The translations under genes and the position numbers were made by a program. Shown piece after piece: positions 44,714 to 54,239 of a stretch of 64,000 nt of DNA (positions within the stretch are counted from its first letter, which is position 1; the number at the start of each line of letters is the position of its first letter). The DNA is from Thiohalomonadaceae bacterium (lineage in GTDB: Bacteria; Pseudomonadota; Gammaproteobacteria; Thiohalomonadales; Thiohalomonadaceae): NCBI GenBank assembly GCA_041547565.1, contig JBFEUI010000001.1, positions 38 to 64,037 of the forward strand, read 5' to 3'. The notes below the pieces were generated by a model. The model had not been told where the DNA came from, did not search any database, and saw only the letters and a list, made by a program, of their open reading frames with translations.

Positions 44714-47455
44714 ATGACCCTGACAAGCAACTCAAGGCTCATCATCATCACGGGCTTTGCCATCGTGCTGCTCACCCTCTCCTCCACCGGCTTTATCGGC
44801 CTGTATCAGTTTTCCCGCTACCACAACCAGGATGAGGCGGCCACGGCACTTTACCTGCAAAAACGTGACCTGGTGGAAAAGATGCTATCGGCATCACGTG
44901 AACGAGCCATCAGCCTGACACTCATGCTCCACCTCGCTGACCCGTTCGAGCAGGATGAACAACATCTGCGCTTCAATGAACTGGGCACGGACTTTGCCGT
45001 GGCCCGACAGGCATTGATGTCGCTCAAACTCAGCGAACCGGAACAGGCTATCATGCGGCGACAGGGTAATAACGTGACCGCGGGCATAGACAGCCAGCAT
45101 GAGGTGATCGATCTCATCTTCAGCGGTGCAACCGCCAAGGCGGGGAAATTGCTCACCAACCAGGCTATTCCCGCCCAGAAAGGCAACTTTGCCATCCTGC
45201 AGCAACTGGCCGACACCCAGCAACAACTCTATGAGAGTGAGGTCCATACACTCGCCGAGAACTTTCACAACAATAACCAGCGTTTCACCATCGTGCTGAG
45301 TATTCTGTCTGCATTTGTCAGCATCATCGTCACCTACCTTGTACTGCGCAGCATCAGCCATACGGAAAAAGCGCTATTCGCCGCCAACGAGCGCTTCGAC
45401 CTTGCCATGCAGGGCGCCAATGACGGCTTGTGGGACTGGAACATAAAAACCGGCGAGGTCTACTATTCGCCACGCTGGAAAGCGATGCTCGGCTATGCGG
45501 ACGATGAGATCGAACATAGCCTCGAGACCTGGGAGAGCCGGGTACAACCGGACGATCGGGAAAAAGCTGAAGCGGATATTGCCGCCCACCTCGCAGGCAA
45601 AACACCGTTGTATGAGAACATTCATCGCATCATGCACCGGGACGGCAGCTATCGCTGGCACTGGGAACGCGGTATCGCGGTACGCGACGAATCCGGCCAG
45701 CCCTGCAAAATGGTCGGCACCAATACCGATATCACCGAACAGATGGCGATCAAGGATGCACTGTTCGAGGAGAAGGAACGCGCACTTGTTACCCTCCACT
45801 CCATTGGCGAAGCTGTCATCACAACCGATGATATCGGCCAGGTCACCTCGATCAATCCGGTCGCCGAGTCGCTGATCGGCATCAGCAATGATGAGCTCAG
45901 AGGCTGTATGCTCAGCAACGTCTTCCAACTGGCCAGTGAACAGCGCCGCAGTCCCCTGGAAAACCCGGTGTACCAGAGCCTGCGCAGCGGCCAGGTCACC
46001 GAGTTGCCGGAACACACACTGCTGTTGAACAAAGATGGCAAGGAGATCTGTATTGCCGGGTCCGCCGCTCCCATTCAGACACGCAGCGGCGAACTGATCG
46101 GTACGGTAATGGTATTCCGCGACATGAGCGACAGGCGTGAGATGGCAATGCGCCTGACCTGGCAGGCGACACACGATGCCCTCACGGGTCTGATCAACCG
46201 CAGCGAGCTGGAACGGCGACTCAGTCAGCTGATCGACAATGCCAGACTGGAACCGCTACAGCACTCGTTCCTCTACCTCGATCTTGATCAGTTCAAACTG
46301 GTCAATGACATATCCGGTCATACCGCAGGAGACGAGTTGTTGCGCCAGCTCAGCTTTCTGCTCCAACAGCAACTGCGCGACACCGACACGCTGGCGCGCC
46401 TCGGCGGTGACGAATTCGGCATCCTGCTGCACGGCTGCCACCTTGAACAGGCGAAGAAGATCGCCGCCAAGATTCGCGACTCGGTCAAGGCGTTTCGTTT
46501 TGTCTGGCAGGACAAGACCTTCGATATCGGTGTCAGCATCGGCATTGCCCTGATCGATCAGAACTGCGAGGGCATAACCAGCATCATGAGCGAGGCCGAT
46601 GTGGCCTGCTACGCGGCAAAGGACCTGGGCAGAAACCGCTATCATGTCTATTCTCCGGATGATGCCACGCTGGCACGCAGGCACAGTGAGATGCAGTGGG
46701 CCACGCAGATCAAACAGGCCCTGGAAGAGGGACGCATCATCCTTTACCAACAGGCCATACAGGCCACACGTTATGCCGAAGCATCCGGACAACATATCGA
46801 GATACTGATCCGCATGCTCGACAGCGACAACAAGCTGGTACCGCCCTCGACGTTCATACCGGCTGCTGAACGCTACGGTCTGATGGCGGACATTGACTTC
46901 TGGGTAATCGAACAGACGCTGCGCTATTTGCACCAACACCCTGAAACCGGACTGGTCTCCATCAATCTCTCCGGCAACACGTTCAGCGATGCAAAACTGC
47001 TGCCCGGCATCAAGAAATTGCTGCACACACACCAGGTCAATCCGGCCCGGGTCTGTTTCGAGATCACCGAAACGGCCGCCATCGCCAACCTGACCGATGC
47101 CACTCATTTTATCAGCGAGCTCAAGGCGATCGGCTGCAGCTTCGCGCTGGATGACTTTGGCAGCGGACTCTCCTCCTTCGCCTATTTGAAAAATCTTGCG
47201 GTCGACTACCTGAAAATTGACGGCTGTTTCGTCAAGGACATGCTCGATAACCCCATCGACTGCGCCATGGTGGAATCGATTCACAAAATCGGCGAAACAA
47301 TCGGCATCAAGACCATCGCCGAGTATGTTGAAAACGACGCTATCCGGGAGCGGCTCGAGGTGATCGGTGTCGACTATGTGCAGGGTTACAGCATCGCCAA
47401 ACCACGACCACTCAGTGAAAACGTACTGCCACTGAAGCTAACCGCACGGGGATAA
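44714..47455 (+). CDS. Membrane sensor with two PAS domains, GGDEF and EAL domains (c-di-GMP turnover)
   Basis: 913 aa. Two TM helices flank a periplasmic helical region. PAS motifs are present. Intact GGDEF (RLGGDEFGIL). EAL signatures EILIRM, FEITE, DDFGSG, KIDG and QGY. Confidence 0.92.
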   Translation: MTLTSNSRLIIITGFAIVLLTLSSTGFIGLYQFSRYHNQDEAATALYLQKRDLVEKMLSASRERAISLTLMLHLADPFEQDEQHLRFNELGTDFAVARQALMSLKLSEPEQAIMRRQGNNVTAGIDSQHEVIDLIFSGATAKAGKLLTNQAIPAQKGNFAILQQLADTQQQLYESEVHTLAENFHNNNQRFTIVLSILSAFVSIIVTYLVLRSISHTEKALFAANERFDLAMQGANDGLWDWNIKTGEVYYSPRWKAMLGYADDEIEHSLETWESRVQPDDREKAEADIAAHLAGKTPLYENIHRIMHRDGSYRWHWERGIAVRDESGQPCKMVGTNTDITEQMAIKDALFEEKERALVTLHSIGEAVITTDDIGQVTSINPVAESLIGISNDELRGCMLSNVFQLASEQRRSPLENPVYQSLRSGQVTELPEHTLLLNKDGKEICIAGSAAPIQTRSGELIGTVMVFRDMSDRREMAMRLTWQATHDALTGLINRSELERRLSQLIDNARLEPLQHSFLYLDLDQFKLVNDISGHTAGDELLRQLSFLLQQQLRDTDTLARLGGDEFGILLHGCHLEQAKKIAAKIRDSVKAFRFVWQDKTFDIGVSIGIALIDQNCEGITSIMSEADVACYAAKDLGRNRYHVYSPDDATLARRHSEMQWATQIKQALEEGRIILYQQAIQATRYAEASGQHIEILIRMLDSDNKLVPPSTFIPAAERYGLMADIDFWVIEQTLRYLHQHPETGLVSINLSGNTFSDAKLLPGIKKLLHTHQVNPARVCFEITETAAIANLTDATHFISELKAIGCSFALDDFGSGLSSFAYLKNLAVDYLKIDGCFVKDMLDNPIDCAMVESIHKIGETIGIKTIAEYVENDAIRERLEVIGVDYVQGYSIAKPRPLSENVLPLKLTARG

Positions 47456-47526
47456 AGATTAATTGCTAATGCAATCCGGAACGCTTTCCCAGTACAATGC
47501 AGGCAACGTGACACTGGATATGGATT

Positions 47527-48657
47527 ATGCGTTCTACCCGCGATCTTGCCATCGAACTGCTCAAGCGCCCCTCAATCACACCCGAAGATGCCGGCTGCCA
47601 GGCGCTGCTCTGCGAACAGCTGGAAGCGCTCGGTTTTAATTGCGAGCCACTGCGTTTCGGCGAGGTCGACAACCTCTGGGCCCGCAGGGGCACACAGGGC
47701 CCACTGTTCTGCTTTGCCGGCCATACCGACGTGGTACCGACCGGTCCCGAAAGCGACTGGCGCTATCCCCCGTTCTCCGCGACGGAGGCTGGCGGGATGC
47801 TCCACGGCCGCGGCGCGGCGGACATGAAAGGTTCGATCGCCGCAATGCTCAGCGCCTGTAACCGCTTTATCGAAGCGCACCCTGATCATCCCGGTTCCAT
47901 CGCCTTTCTCATCACCAGCGATGAAGAGGGGCCGGCGGTCAACGGTACCGTAAAGGTGATCGAAACGCTCGAGGCGCGCAACGAGAAGATAGAGTGGTGC
48001 CTGGTCGGGGAGCCGACCAGCAGCGAGAAGCTTGGCGATGTGGTGAAAAACGGCCGTCGTGGTTCACTCAACGGTCGGGTCACCATCTTCGGCACCCAGG
48101 GGCACGTGGCCTACCCCCACCTCGCGGTCAACCCCATCCACCTGGCCGCCCCTGCACTGGCGGAACTGGCCAGCATCGAGTGGGACCGGGGCAATGAATT
48201 CTTCCCCCCCACCACCTTCCAGATTTCCAACATCAGCGCCGGCACCGGCGCCACCAACATCATCCCCGGCAGCCTGCAACTGCTGTTCAATTTTCGCTAC
48301 TCCACCGAGGTCACACAGGAAGCGTTGCAGACTCGCGTCGAGGCCCTGCTCGATCAGTACAGCCTGAACTATGACATCGACTGGTCGCTCTCCGGCGAAC
48401 CGTTTCTCACCTCCGGCGGCGCCCTGCTCGATGCCGCCTGCGACGCCATCGAGTCGGTTGCCGGCAACCGCCCGGACATCAACACCGCCGGCGGCACCTC
48501 GGACGGGCGCTTTATCGCCCCCACCGGGGCACAGGTGCTGGAACTCGGGCCGCTCAATGCAACCATTCACAAGGTCAATGAGTGTGTCGCCATTGCCGAT
48601 CTCGAGGCCCTGTCCAGCATCTATGAGGGGATACTCGAGCGGCTGCTGCTGAAGTAG
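47527..48657 (+). CDS. dapE: Succinyl-diaminopimelate desuccinylase
   Basis: M20 peptidase. FAGHTDVVP and SDEEG motifs. Confidence 0.95.
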   Translation: MRSTRDLAIELLKRPSITPEDAGCQALLCEQLEALGFNCEPLRFGEVDNLWARRGTQGPLFCFAGHTDVVPTGPESDWRYPPFSATEAGGMLHGRGAADMKGSIAAMLSACNRFIEAHPDHPGSIAFLITSDEEGPAVNGTVKVIETLEARNEKIEWCLVGEPTSSEKLGDVVKNGRRGSLNGRVTIFGTQGHVAYPHLAVNPIHLAAPALAELASIEWDRGNEFFPPTTFQISNISAGTGATNIIPGSLQLLFNFRYSTEVTQEALQTRVEALLDQYSLNYDIDWSLSGEPFLTSGGALLDAACDAIESVAGNRPDINTAGGTSDGRFIAPTGAQVLELGPLNATIHKVNECVAIADLEALSSIYEGILERLLLK

Positions 48658-48663
48658 CGCAAT

Positions 48664-48720
48664 TAAAGGAAACGGCAAACCCTGCCGATACTATAAAGTT
48701 TTCACCCCTCCGGCCGCTAT
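48664..48720 (+). promoter_or_regulatory. Candidate sigma28 (FliA) promoter(s) upstream of the EF-hand-loop protein gene
   Basis: TAAA(48664-48667)-16 nt-GCCGATAC(48684-48691). Immediately after it comes TAAAGTTT(48694-48701)-11 nt-GCCGCTAT(48713-48720), which has the consensus spacing. Confidence 0.5.
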
Positions 48721-48744
48721 CTATGCTGTAACCGGAGAACAGCA

Positions 48745-49707
48745 ATGGCCATCCCCCCAATCAACCCCCAGATTCTTCCCGCCGCCCCCGGCCGACCAGC
48801 CGCCCCGGCTGAACGCATGCCGGTACCCGGTCGACCGCACGCCGAGGCCAACCGTCCCGAGGCATCACCGGGACGCATCCCCGTGGCGCAACAGGGAGAT
48901 GACGGCGACCCGTTGAAACTGTTCCACCAGATAGACCGACAGGTCAAATCATCCGCCGAGTACCAGGCGCTGCGCCCGTTTCTGGAACAGGCGGGTCTCA
49001 CCGATGGCGAGGATTCTGTCTCAGCCCCCGCCGGAGTAACCAGTGAAGCGGCCCTGGAGGCCGACAGCGGGAGCACAACGAATAGCGTCGTGCAGAGTGA
49101 AACGGCGGTGGCCGCAACACGGTTCACCACGGTGGAGATCACCGTCGACCAGATTAGCTACCAGCGTGTCACGGTACGCATGACACAAGAGCCTGAGGCA
49201 CCGCCACGACGCTCAGACCCCCTGGCCCTGGATCTCAACGGTGACGGTCTGCACACCACCGGTATTGAGCATGGCGTCCACTTCGATATCGATGCGGACG
49301 GACACAGCGATAAGGTCAGCTTCGTCAGCGGCGGCGATGCCTTCCTGGCACTGGATCGCAACGGCAACGGTCTCATCGACGACGGCACGGAACTGTTCGG
49401 CGATCAGAACGGCGATGCGCACGGCTTTGACGCACTCGGCCGTTATGACGAGAACGGGGACGGGCAGATCGACAACCGCGACAGCATCTACCAGCAGCTC
49501 AGGCTGTTTACCCTGGATGCGGCCGGCCGGCAGCGGCTGGAGTCTCTGGCCGATGCCGGCATCGCCAGCCTGTCGCTGGACTACCGGGATACGGCAACCA
49601 TGCTGAACCGCTACGACAGCATCGCGCAAAGCGGCAGCTTTACCCGGGAGGACGGCAGCCGGGGCGAACTGGGCGACCTGATGCTGGGATTCAAAAGCCG
49701 CGCCTGA
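48745..49707 (+). CDS. Hypothetical protein with a Pro-rich N-terminus and four EF-hand/DxDxDG-type calcium-binding loops
   Basis: 320 aa with no signal peptide. Loops are DLNGDGLHTT, DIDADGHSDKV, DRNGNGLIDDGTE and DENGDGQIDNRD. Shine-Dalgarno GGAGA. Confidence 0.8.
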   Translation: MAIPPINPQILPAAPGRPAAPAERMPVPGRPHAEANRPEASPGRIPVAQQGDDGDPLKLFHQIDRQVKSSAEYQALRPFLEQAGLTDGEDSVSAPAGVTSEAALEADSGSTTNSVVQSETAVAATRFTTVEITVDQISYQRVTVRMTQEPEAPPRRSDPLALDLNGDGLHTTGIEHGVHFDIDADGHSDKVSFVSGGDAFLALDRNGNGLIDDGTELFGDQNGDAHGFDALGRYDENGDGQIDNRDSIYQQLRLFTLDAAGRQRLESLADAGIASLSLDYRDTATMLNRYDSIAQSGSFTREDGSRGELGDLMLGFKSRA

Positions 49708-49765
49708 AGACGCGCAGTGAATTTCTTCTACACTTTCGGTAGGCCAGTTTACACAGGCATACCGC

Positions 49766-52700
49766 ATGCTCTTTGCACGCCCACCCCCACCCCGCGACAA
49801 GCTGCTGGAGGTTATTAACGACGCCTACCGTATCGATGAAGCCAGCGCGCTACGTCCCCTGCTGGTGATGGCGCGCCTGGAACCCGAGCGTAGCGCGCGC
49901 GTGCTCGAGCGTGCCCGCCAGCTCACCGCAGCCCTGCGCAAACGTCTCGACCGGCACAACGGTATCGAACGCCTGCTGCACGAGTACGACCTGTCCAACG
50001 AGGAGGGGATCGTGCTGATGTGCCTGGCCGAAGCGCTGCTGCGCATTCCCGATGAACAGAACCGCAAGTTCCTGATTCGGGAAAAGATCATTCAGGGCCA
50101 CTGGGATCACCACATCCGCCACGACAACCCCTTGCTGGTCAACGCCTCGGCCTGGGGACTGCTGATCAGCGGCCGCTTCATCAGCATGGATTCGCCGGCC
50201 GGCGTGTTGCGCAGGCTGCTCAGGCGTGCCGGCGAACGGGTACTGGACCTGGCGCTGAACGAGGCGATGGAGGTGTTGGCCCACAGTTTCATCCTCGGTG
50301 CCGATATCGACAGCGCACTCAGACACAGCCGCCATGCCGGAGAGAATACACGCTACTCCTTTGACTGCCTGGGCGAGGCGGCCCAGACCGTTGAGGACGT
50401 AGAGGAATACATGAGTGCCTATGAGACGGCGATCGCACGTATTGCCGGTACAGTGCACAGCGGGGACGGGCTGTATACCGCGCCCGGTGTATCGATCAAG
50501 CTCTCCGCCCTGCATCCCCGCTACCGGGTGAGCCACGCCGAACGGGTATTCGATGAACTGCTGCCGCGCATCCGCCATATCGTCCACCTGGCCCGGGATG
50601 CCGGCATTTCCATTACTATCGATGCCGAGGAGTGCGAGCGGCTGGAACTGTCGCTGCTGCTGTTCCAGCGGCTCATCCACGACCCGCTTTTCACCGGCTG
50701 GTCAGGGCTGGGACTGGCACTCCAGAGCTACCAGAAACGCGCCATGCCGGTTCTGAGATGGTTGCAGCAACAGGCCATGGAGACAGGGCGGACCCTGCCA
50801 CTGAGGCTGGTCAAGGGCGCCTACTGGGACAGCGAGATCAAGCGTGCGCAGGAACTGGGGCTGGACAATTACCCGGTGTTCACCCGCAAGAACGCGACCG
50901 ACGTCGGTTTTCTCGCCTGTGCCCGCTACCTGCTGAGCCATCCCGACAGTTTCTACCCGCAGATCGCCACCCACAACGCCTTCAGCGTCGCCTATGTTAT
51001 GGAGCTTGCCTCTGCCCCGGACCGTTTCGAGTTCCAGCGCCTGCACGGCATGGCCGAGTCACTCTACCCGCTGACCGCCGAGCTTTATCAACAACCGATC
51101 ACCAGCCGTATCTACGGACCGGTGGGCAGTTACGAGAAGCTGCTGCCCTACCTGGTCAGACGCCTGCTGGAGAACGGCGCCAACAGCTCCTTCATCAACC
51201 AACTGGGCGATCTTCAGCAGCCGGTCGAGCTGATCGTCACCGACCCGGTGCTCAAGGCGCAACAGAACCGCTGCAGTCCGCACCCGGCCATCCCGAAGCC
51301 CGCCGCCCTCTACGGTAAGCAGCGCCGCAACTCGACCGGGCATGAACTGAGCGACTATAGTGTGCTGCAACAGCTCGATCAGGCATTGGCGGCCGCCGCG
51401 CAACAGTGCTGGGAGGCAACGCCGATCATCGCCGGCGAACGCCCCTCGGGCCCGGCACAGCCCGTAACCAATCCTGCCGACCGGCGACAACAGGTCGGCA
51501 ATGTGGTCGAGGCCGAGGTCCATCATCTCGAGCAGGCCATGGCCAGCGCCGCAGCTGCCGCCCAAACGTGGGATCGTAGCGGCGGCACGATACGGGCAAA
51601 CTACCTTAAGCGCGCCGCGGAGTTGCTGGAAGAGCACACGGTTGAACTGGCCTATCTCGTCATCCGCGAGGCGGGCAAGCCCCTCGTCGATGCGCTCAAC
51701 GAGGTGCGCGAGGCGGTGGACGCCTGCCGCTACTACGCCAGGCAGGCCGCCGAGGAGTTTTCCCGCGGTGCAGAACTGCCCGGCCCCACCGGCGAACAGA
51801 ACACTCTGTGGCTGCACGGACGCGGGGTGTTCGCCTGTATCAGTCCCTGGAATTTCCCGGTCGCCATCTTCTGCGGCCAGATCGCCGCGGCACTGGCCGC
51901 CGGCAACTGCGTGGTCGCCAAGCCCGCCCGGCTCACCCCTGTTACCGCCTGGCGCTGCGTGACGCTGTTTCACGAGGCCGGCATTCCCGTCGAGGTGCTG
52001 CACCTGCTACCGGGCAGTGCGGGGGTACTTGCCTCCCCGCTCCTGCGCTCATCCGAACTGGCAGGGGTCGCCTTTACCGGCTCCACGGCGGCGGCACATA
52101 CCATCCAGTCGCAACTGGCCGCAAACAGCGGCCCGATCCGCACACTGATCGCCGAGACAGGTGGACTGAACATGATGATCGCCGACAGTTCCGCCCTGCT
52201 GGAGCAGGTCGTCGACGATGTCATCACCTCCGCCTTCAACAGCGCGGGGCAGCGCTGCTCGGCCCTGCGCCTGCTGTTCGTGCAGCGGGAGATCGCCGGG
52301 CGTCTGATTGAGCGTCTGGTGGGGGCGATGGAGGAGCTGCATATCGGCGATCCGATCCTCATCAACACCGATATCGGCCCCCTTATTGACGCCAATGCTG
52401 TCGACACCCTGGAGCGGCATAGCGAGCGCATGGGGCGCCAGGGCAGGCTGTTGAAGCGACTGTCACTGCCGCAGGGCTGTGACCAGGGCAGTTATTTTGC
52501 GCCGCATCTGTTTGAACTGTCCGACAGCGCCCTGTTGCATGAGGAGGTGTTCGGCCCTGCGCTGCATCTGGTGCGTTACGAGGCGAATGCACTGGAACAG
52601 GTTGTAGACCGTATCAACGCCAGCGGCTACGGCTTGACGCTGGGCGTACACAGCCGGCTTGAGTCCACCTGGCAACAGGTGCAACAGCGTGCACGCGTCG

Positions 52701-52900
52701 GCAACCTCTATATCAACCGCAACATGGTCGGTGCAGTGGTGGGGGTACAGCCCTTTGGCGGCGAGGGGCTGTCAGGCACCGGCCCCAAGGCGGGCGGCCC
52801 CCACTACCTGCACCGTTTCGCCACCGAACGCACGGTCACCGTCAACACCACGGCCAGCGGCGGCAACGCCTCATTGCTGACCCTCGACGATAACGCATGA
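49766..52900 (+). CDS. putA: Bifunctional proline dehydrogenase / L-glutamate gamma-semialdehyde dehydrogenase
   Basis: 1044 aa. PRODH barrel followed by an ALDH domain (ETGGLNMMIADSSA, catalytic Cys in GQRCSALR). No obvious N-terminal RHH DNA-binding domain. Confidence 0.93.
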   Translation: MLFARPPPPRDKLLEVINDAYRIDEASALRPLLVMARLEPERSARVLERARQLTAALRKRLDRHNGIERLLHEYDLSNEEGIVLMCLAEALLRIPDEQNRKFLIREKIIQGHWDHHIRHDNPLLVNASAWGLLISGRFISMDSPAGVLRRLLRRAGERVLDLALNEAMEVLAHSFILGADIDSALRHSRHAGENTRYSFDCLGEAAQTVEDVEEYMSAYETAIARIAGTVHSGDGLYTAPGVSIKLSALHPRYRVSHAERVFDELLPRIRHIVHLARDAGISITIDAEECERLELSLLLFQRLIHDPLFTGWSGLGLALQSYQKRAMPVLRWLQQQAMETGRTLPLRLVKGAYWDSEIKRAQELGLDNYPVFTRKNATDVGFLACARYLLSHPDSFYPQIATHNAFSVAYVMELASAPDRFEFQRLHGMAESLYPLTAELYQQPITSRIYGPVGSYEKLLPYLVRRLLENGANSSFINQLGDLQQPVELIVTDPVLKAQQNRCSPHPAIPKPAALYGKQRRNSTGHELSDYSVLQQLDQALAAAAQQCWEATPIIAGERPSGPAQPVTNPADRRQQVGNVVEAEVHHLEQAMASAAAAAQTWDRSGGTIRANYLKRAAELLEEHTVELAYLVIREAGKPLVDALNEVREAVDACRYYARQAAEEFSRGAELPGPTGEQNTLWLHGRGVFACISPWNFPVAIFCGQIAAALAAGNCVVAKPARLTPVTAWRCVTLFHEAGIPVEVLHLLPGSAGVLASPLLRSSELAGVAFTGSTAAAHTIQSQLAANSGPIRTLIAETGGLNMMIADSSALLEQVVDDVITSAFNSAGQRCSALRLLFVQREIAGRLIERLVGAMEELHIGDPILINTDIGPLIDANAVDTLERHSERMGRQGRLLKRLSLPQGCDQGSYFAPHLFELSDSALLHEEVFGPALHLVRYEANALEQVVDRINASGYGLTLGVHSRLESTWQQVQQRARVGNLYINRNMVGAVVGVQPFGGEGLSGTGPKAGGPHYLHRFATERTVTVNTTASGGNASLLTLDDNA

Positions 52901-53064
52901 GATATAATGCATCCATTGCGGGTCTACATTACCGCGCCGCAAGCTGCGGCAATTTGACGCGGGCGCAGTGACGATACGACGACAGACGCACCTGGGGCTA
53001 CGCGCGTGCCACCCGACCCTCGTTTGTTATTGTCCCCCCCTTTAACGCATGACAATTTCGTTTT

Positions 53065-53733
53065 ATGTTCTGTGCCATGAACGTTCAGCTGATAGCCGCT
53101 CGACCACAAACAGTGCCTGCACCACTGCCGCTGTTGTTGCTGTACGCCCTCCTGCTACCGCTGCTTGCCGCCTGCGGCAAGGCCGAACCGACACTGCAGC
53201 GTCTGTCCCAGGATGCAGTGATCCTCGCCTTCGGCGACAGCCTTACCTACGGTACCGGCGTCGCCGAGGAGCACAGTTATCCCGAGGTGTTGCAACGGCT
53301 CAGCGGGCGTACGGTGATCAATGCCGGCATACCCGGAGAACTGTCGGCACAGGGCCGCCAACGGCTGCCTGAACTGCTGGATGAGTACCGGCCACAGCTA
53401 CTGATTCTCTGCCACGGTGGCAACGATATCCTGCGCCGTAAGCCGGCCGCCGATACGGTAAAAAACCTGCGCGCCATGATTCAGGCAGCACGGGCACGCA
53501 ATATAGAGGTGGTGCTGGTCGGGGTGCCGGAGTTTGCACTGCTGCTGTTCGAAAGCGCAGCGTTCTATGTCGAACTGGCAGAGGAGATGGGCATACCCAT
53601 CGAAAAGGAGATACTGCCCCGGCTGGAGGGAGACAGTGCGCTCAAATCGGATCAAATCCACTTCAACCGCGAGGGCTACCGACAGATGGCCGAGTCGATT
53701 TATCGGCTGCTTGTCGAACGCGGTGCGCTTTAG
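53065..53733 (+). CDS. SGNH/GDSL hydrolase (arylesterase/TesA-like), probable lipoprotein
   Basis: Lipobox LLAACG, block I AFGDSLTYG, and GGND and DxxH (DQIHF) blocks. The start could be the internal ATG at 53077. Confidence 0.88.
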   Translation: MFCAMNVQLIAARPQTVPAPLPLLLLYALLLPLLAACGKAEPTLQRLSQDAVILAFGDSLTYGTGVAEEHSYPEVLQRLSGRTVINAGIPGELSAQGRQRLPELLDEYRPQLLILCHGGNDILRRKPAADTVKNLRAMIQAARARNIEVVLVGVPEFALLLFESAAFYVELAEEMGIPIEKEILPRLEGDSALKSDQIHFNREGYRQMAESIYRLLVERGAL

Positions 53734-53778
53734 GTTCAACTCATGTGCGACGACTCAAGTCCAGCAGCGTTGTCGGAC

Positions 53779-54159
53779 TCAAGTGTGCTTTTCCTGTTCT
53801 GCGACCAGCCAGGCAAGGGCGGAGTCCCGGTCTGTGAATGTCTGCATATTCCAGGTTTTGGGACGTGGAATTACCGCCAGGTTTTCAGCGACCCGTTTTG
53901 ATATATCGTTATAGATCACAACGGCTATTTTAGTCATTTCTTCGATCGTCGCCAGTTTCTGCTGCGCCTCGAAATCATAGGTGTAGGCGTTTATTTTATT
54001 CACCAGAACTGAAAACGGCGCGCGAAGATGTGTGCGCAGAAATTCGTGATATTGCTCAACCATCCCGACGTCCATCTGGACACCTTCATTGACGATAACC
54101 TCGGCAATATCGTCCCTGAGTAGAATTATCTTCGCAAAAGGCAGTTCATATAAATCCAT
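53779..54159 (-). CDS. Hypothetical protein (possible STAS/SpoIIAA-like fold)
   Basis: 126-aa ORF, visibly AT-richer than its neighbours. No catalytic motif recognised. The fold guess comes only from the pattern of alternating hydrophobic strands. Confidence 0.6.
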   Translation of the reverse strand: MDLYELPFAKIILLRDDIAEVIVNEGVQMDVGMVEQYHEFLRTHLRAPFSVLVNKINAYTYDFEAQQKLATIEEMTKIAVVIYNDISKRVAENLAVIPRPKTWNMQTFTDRDSALAWLVAEQEKHT

Positions 54160-54239
54160 TTAGTTGCTCATATTTTCCGTGAAATGGCATTCGTATAGAA
54201 TACAAGCCGCCAGCCGATACCAGCAACACCAATCGTCCG

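Noticed and set aside
44436-44735. 99-aa minus-strand ORF in the leader of the GGDEF-EAL gene
   Set aside because: No Shine-Dalgarno and odd composition. It overlaps the start of the sensor gene and is probably a chance ORF in an AT-richer spacer.
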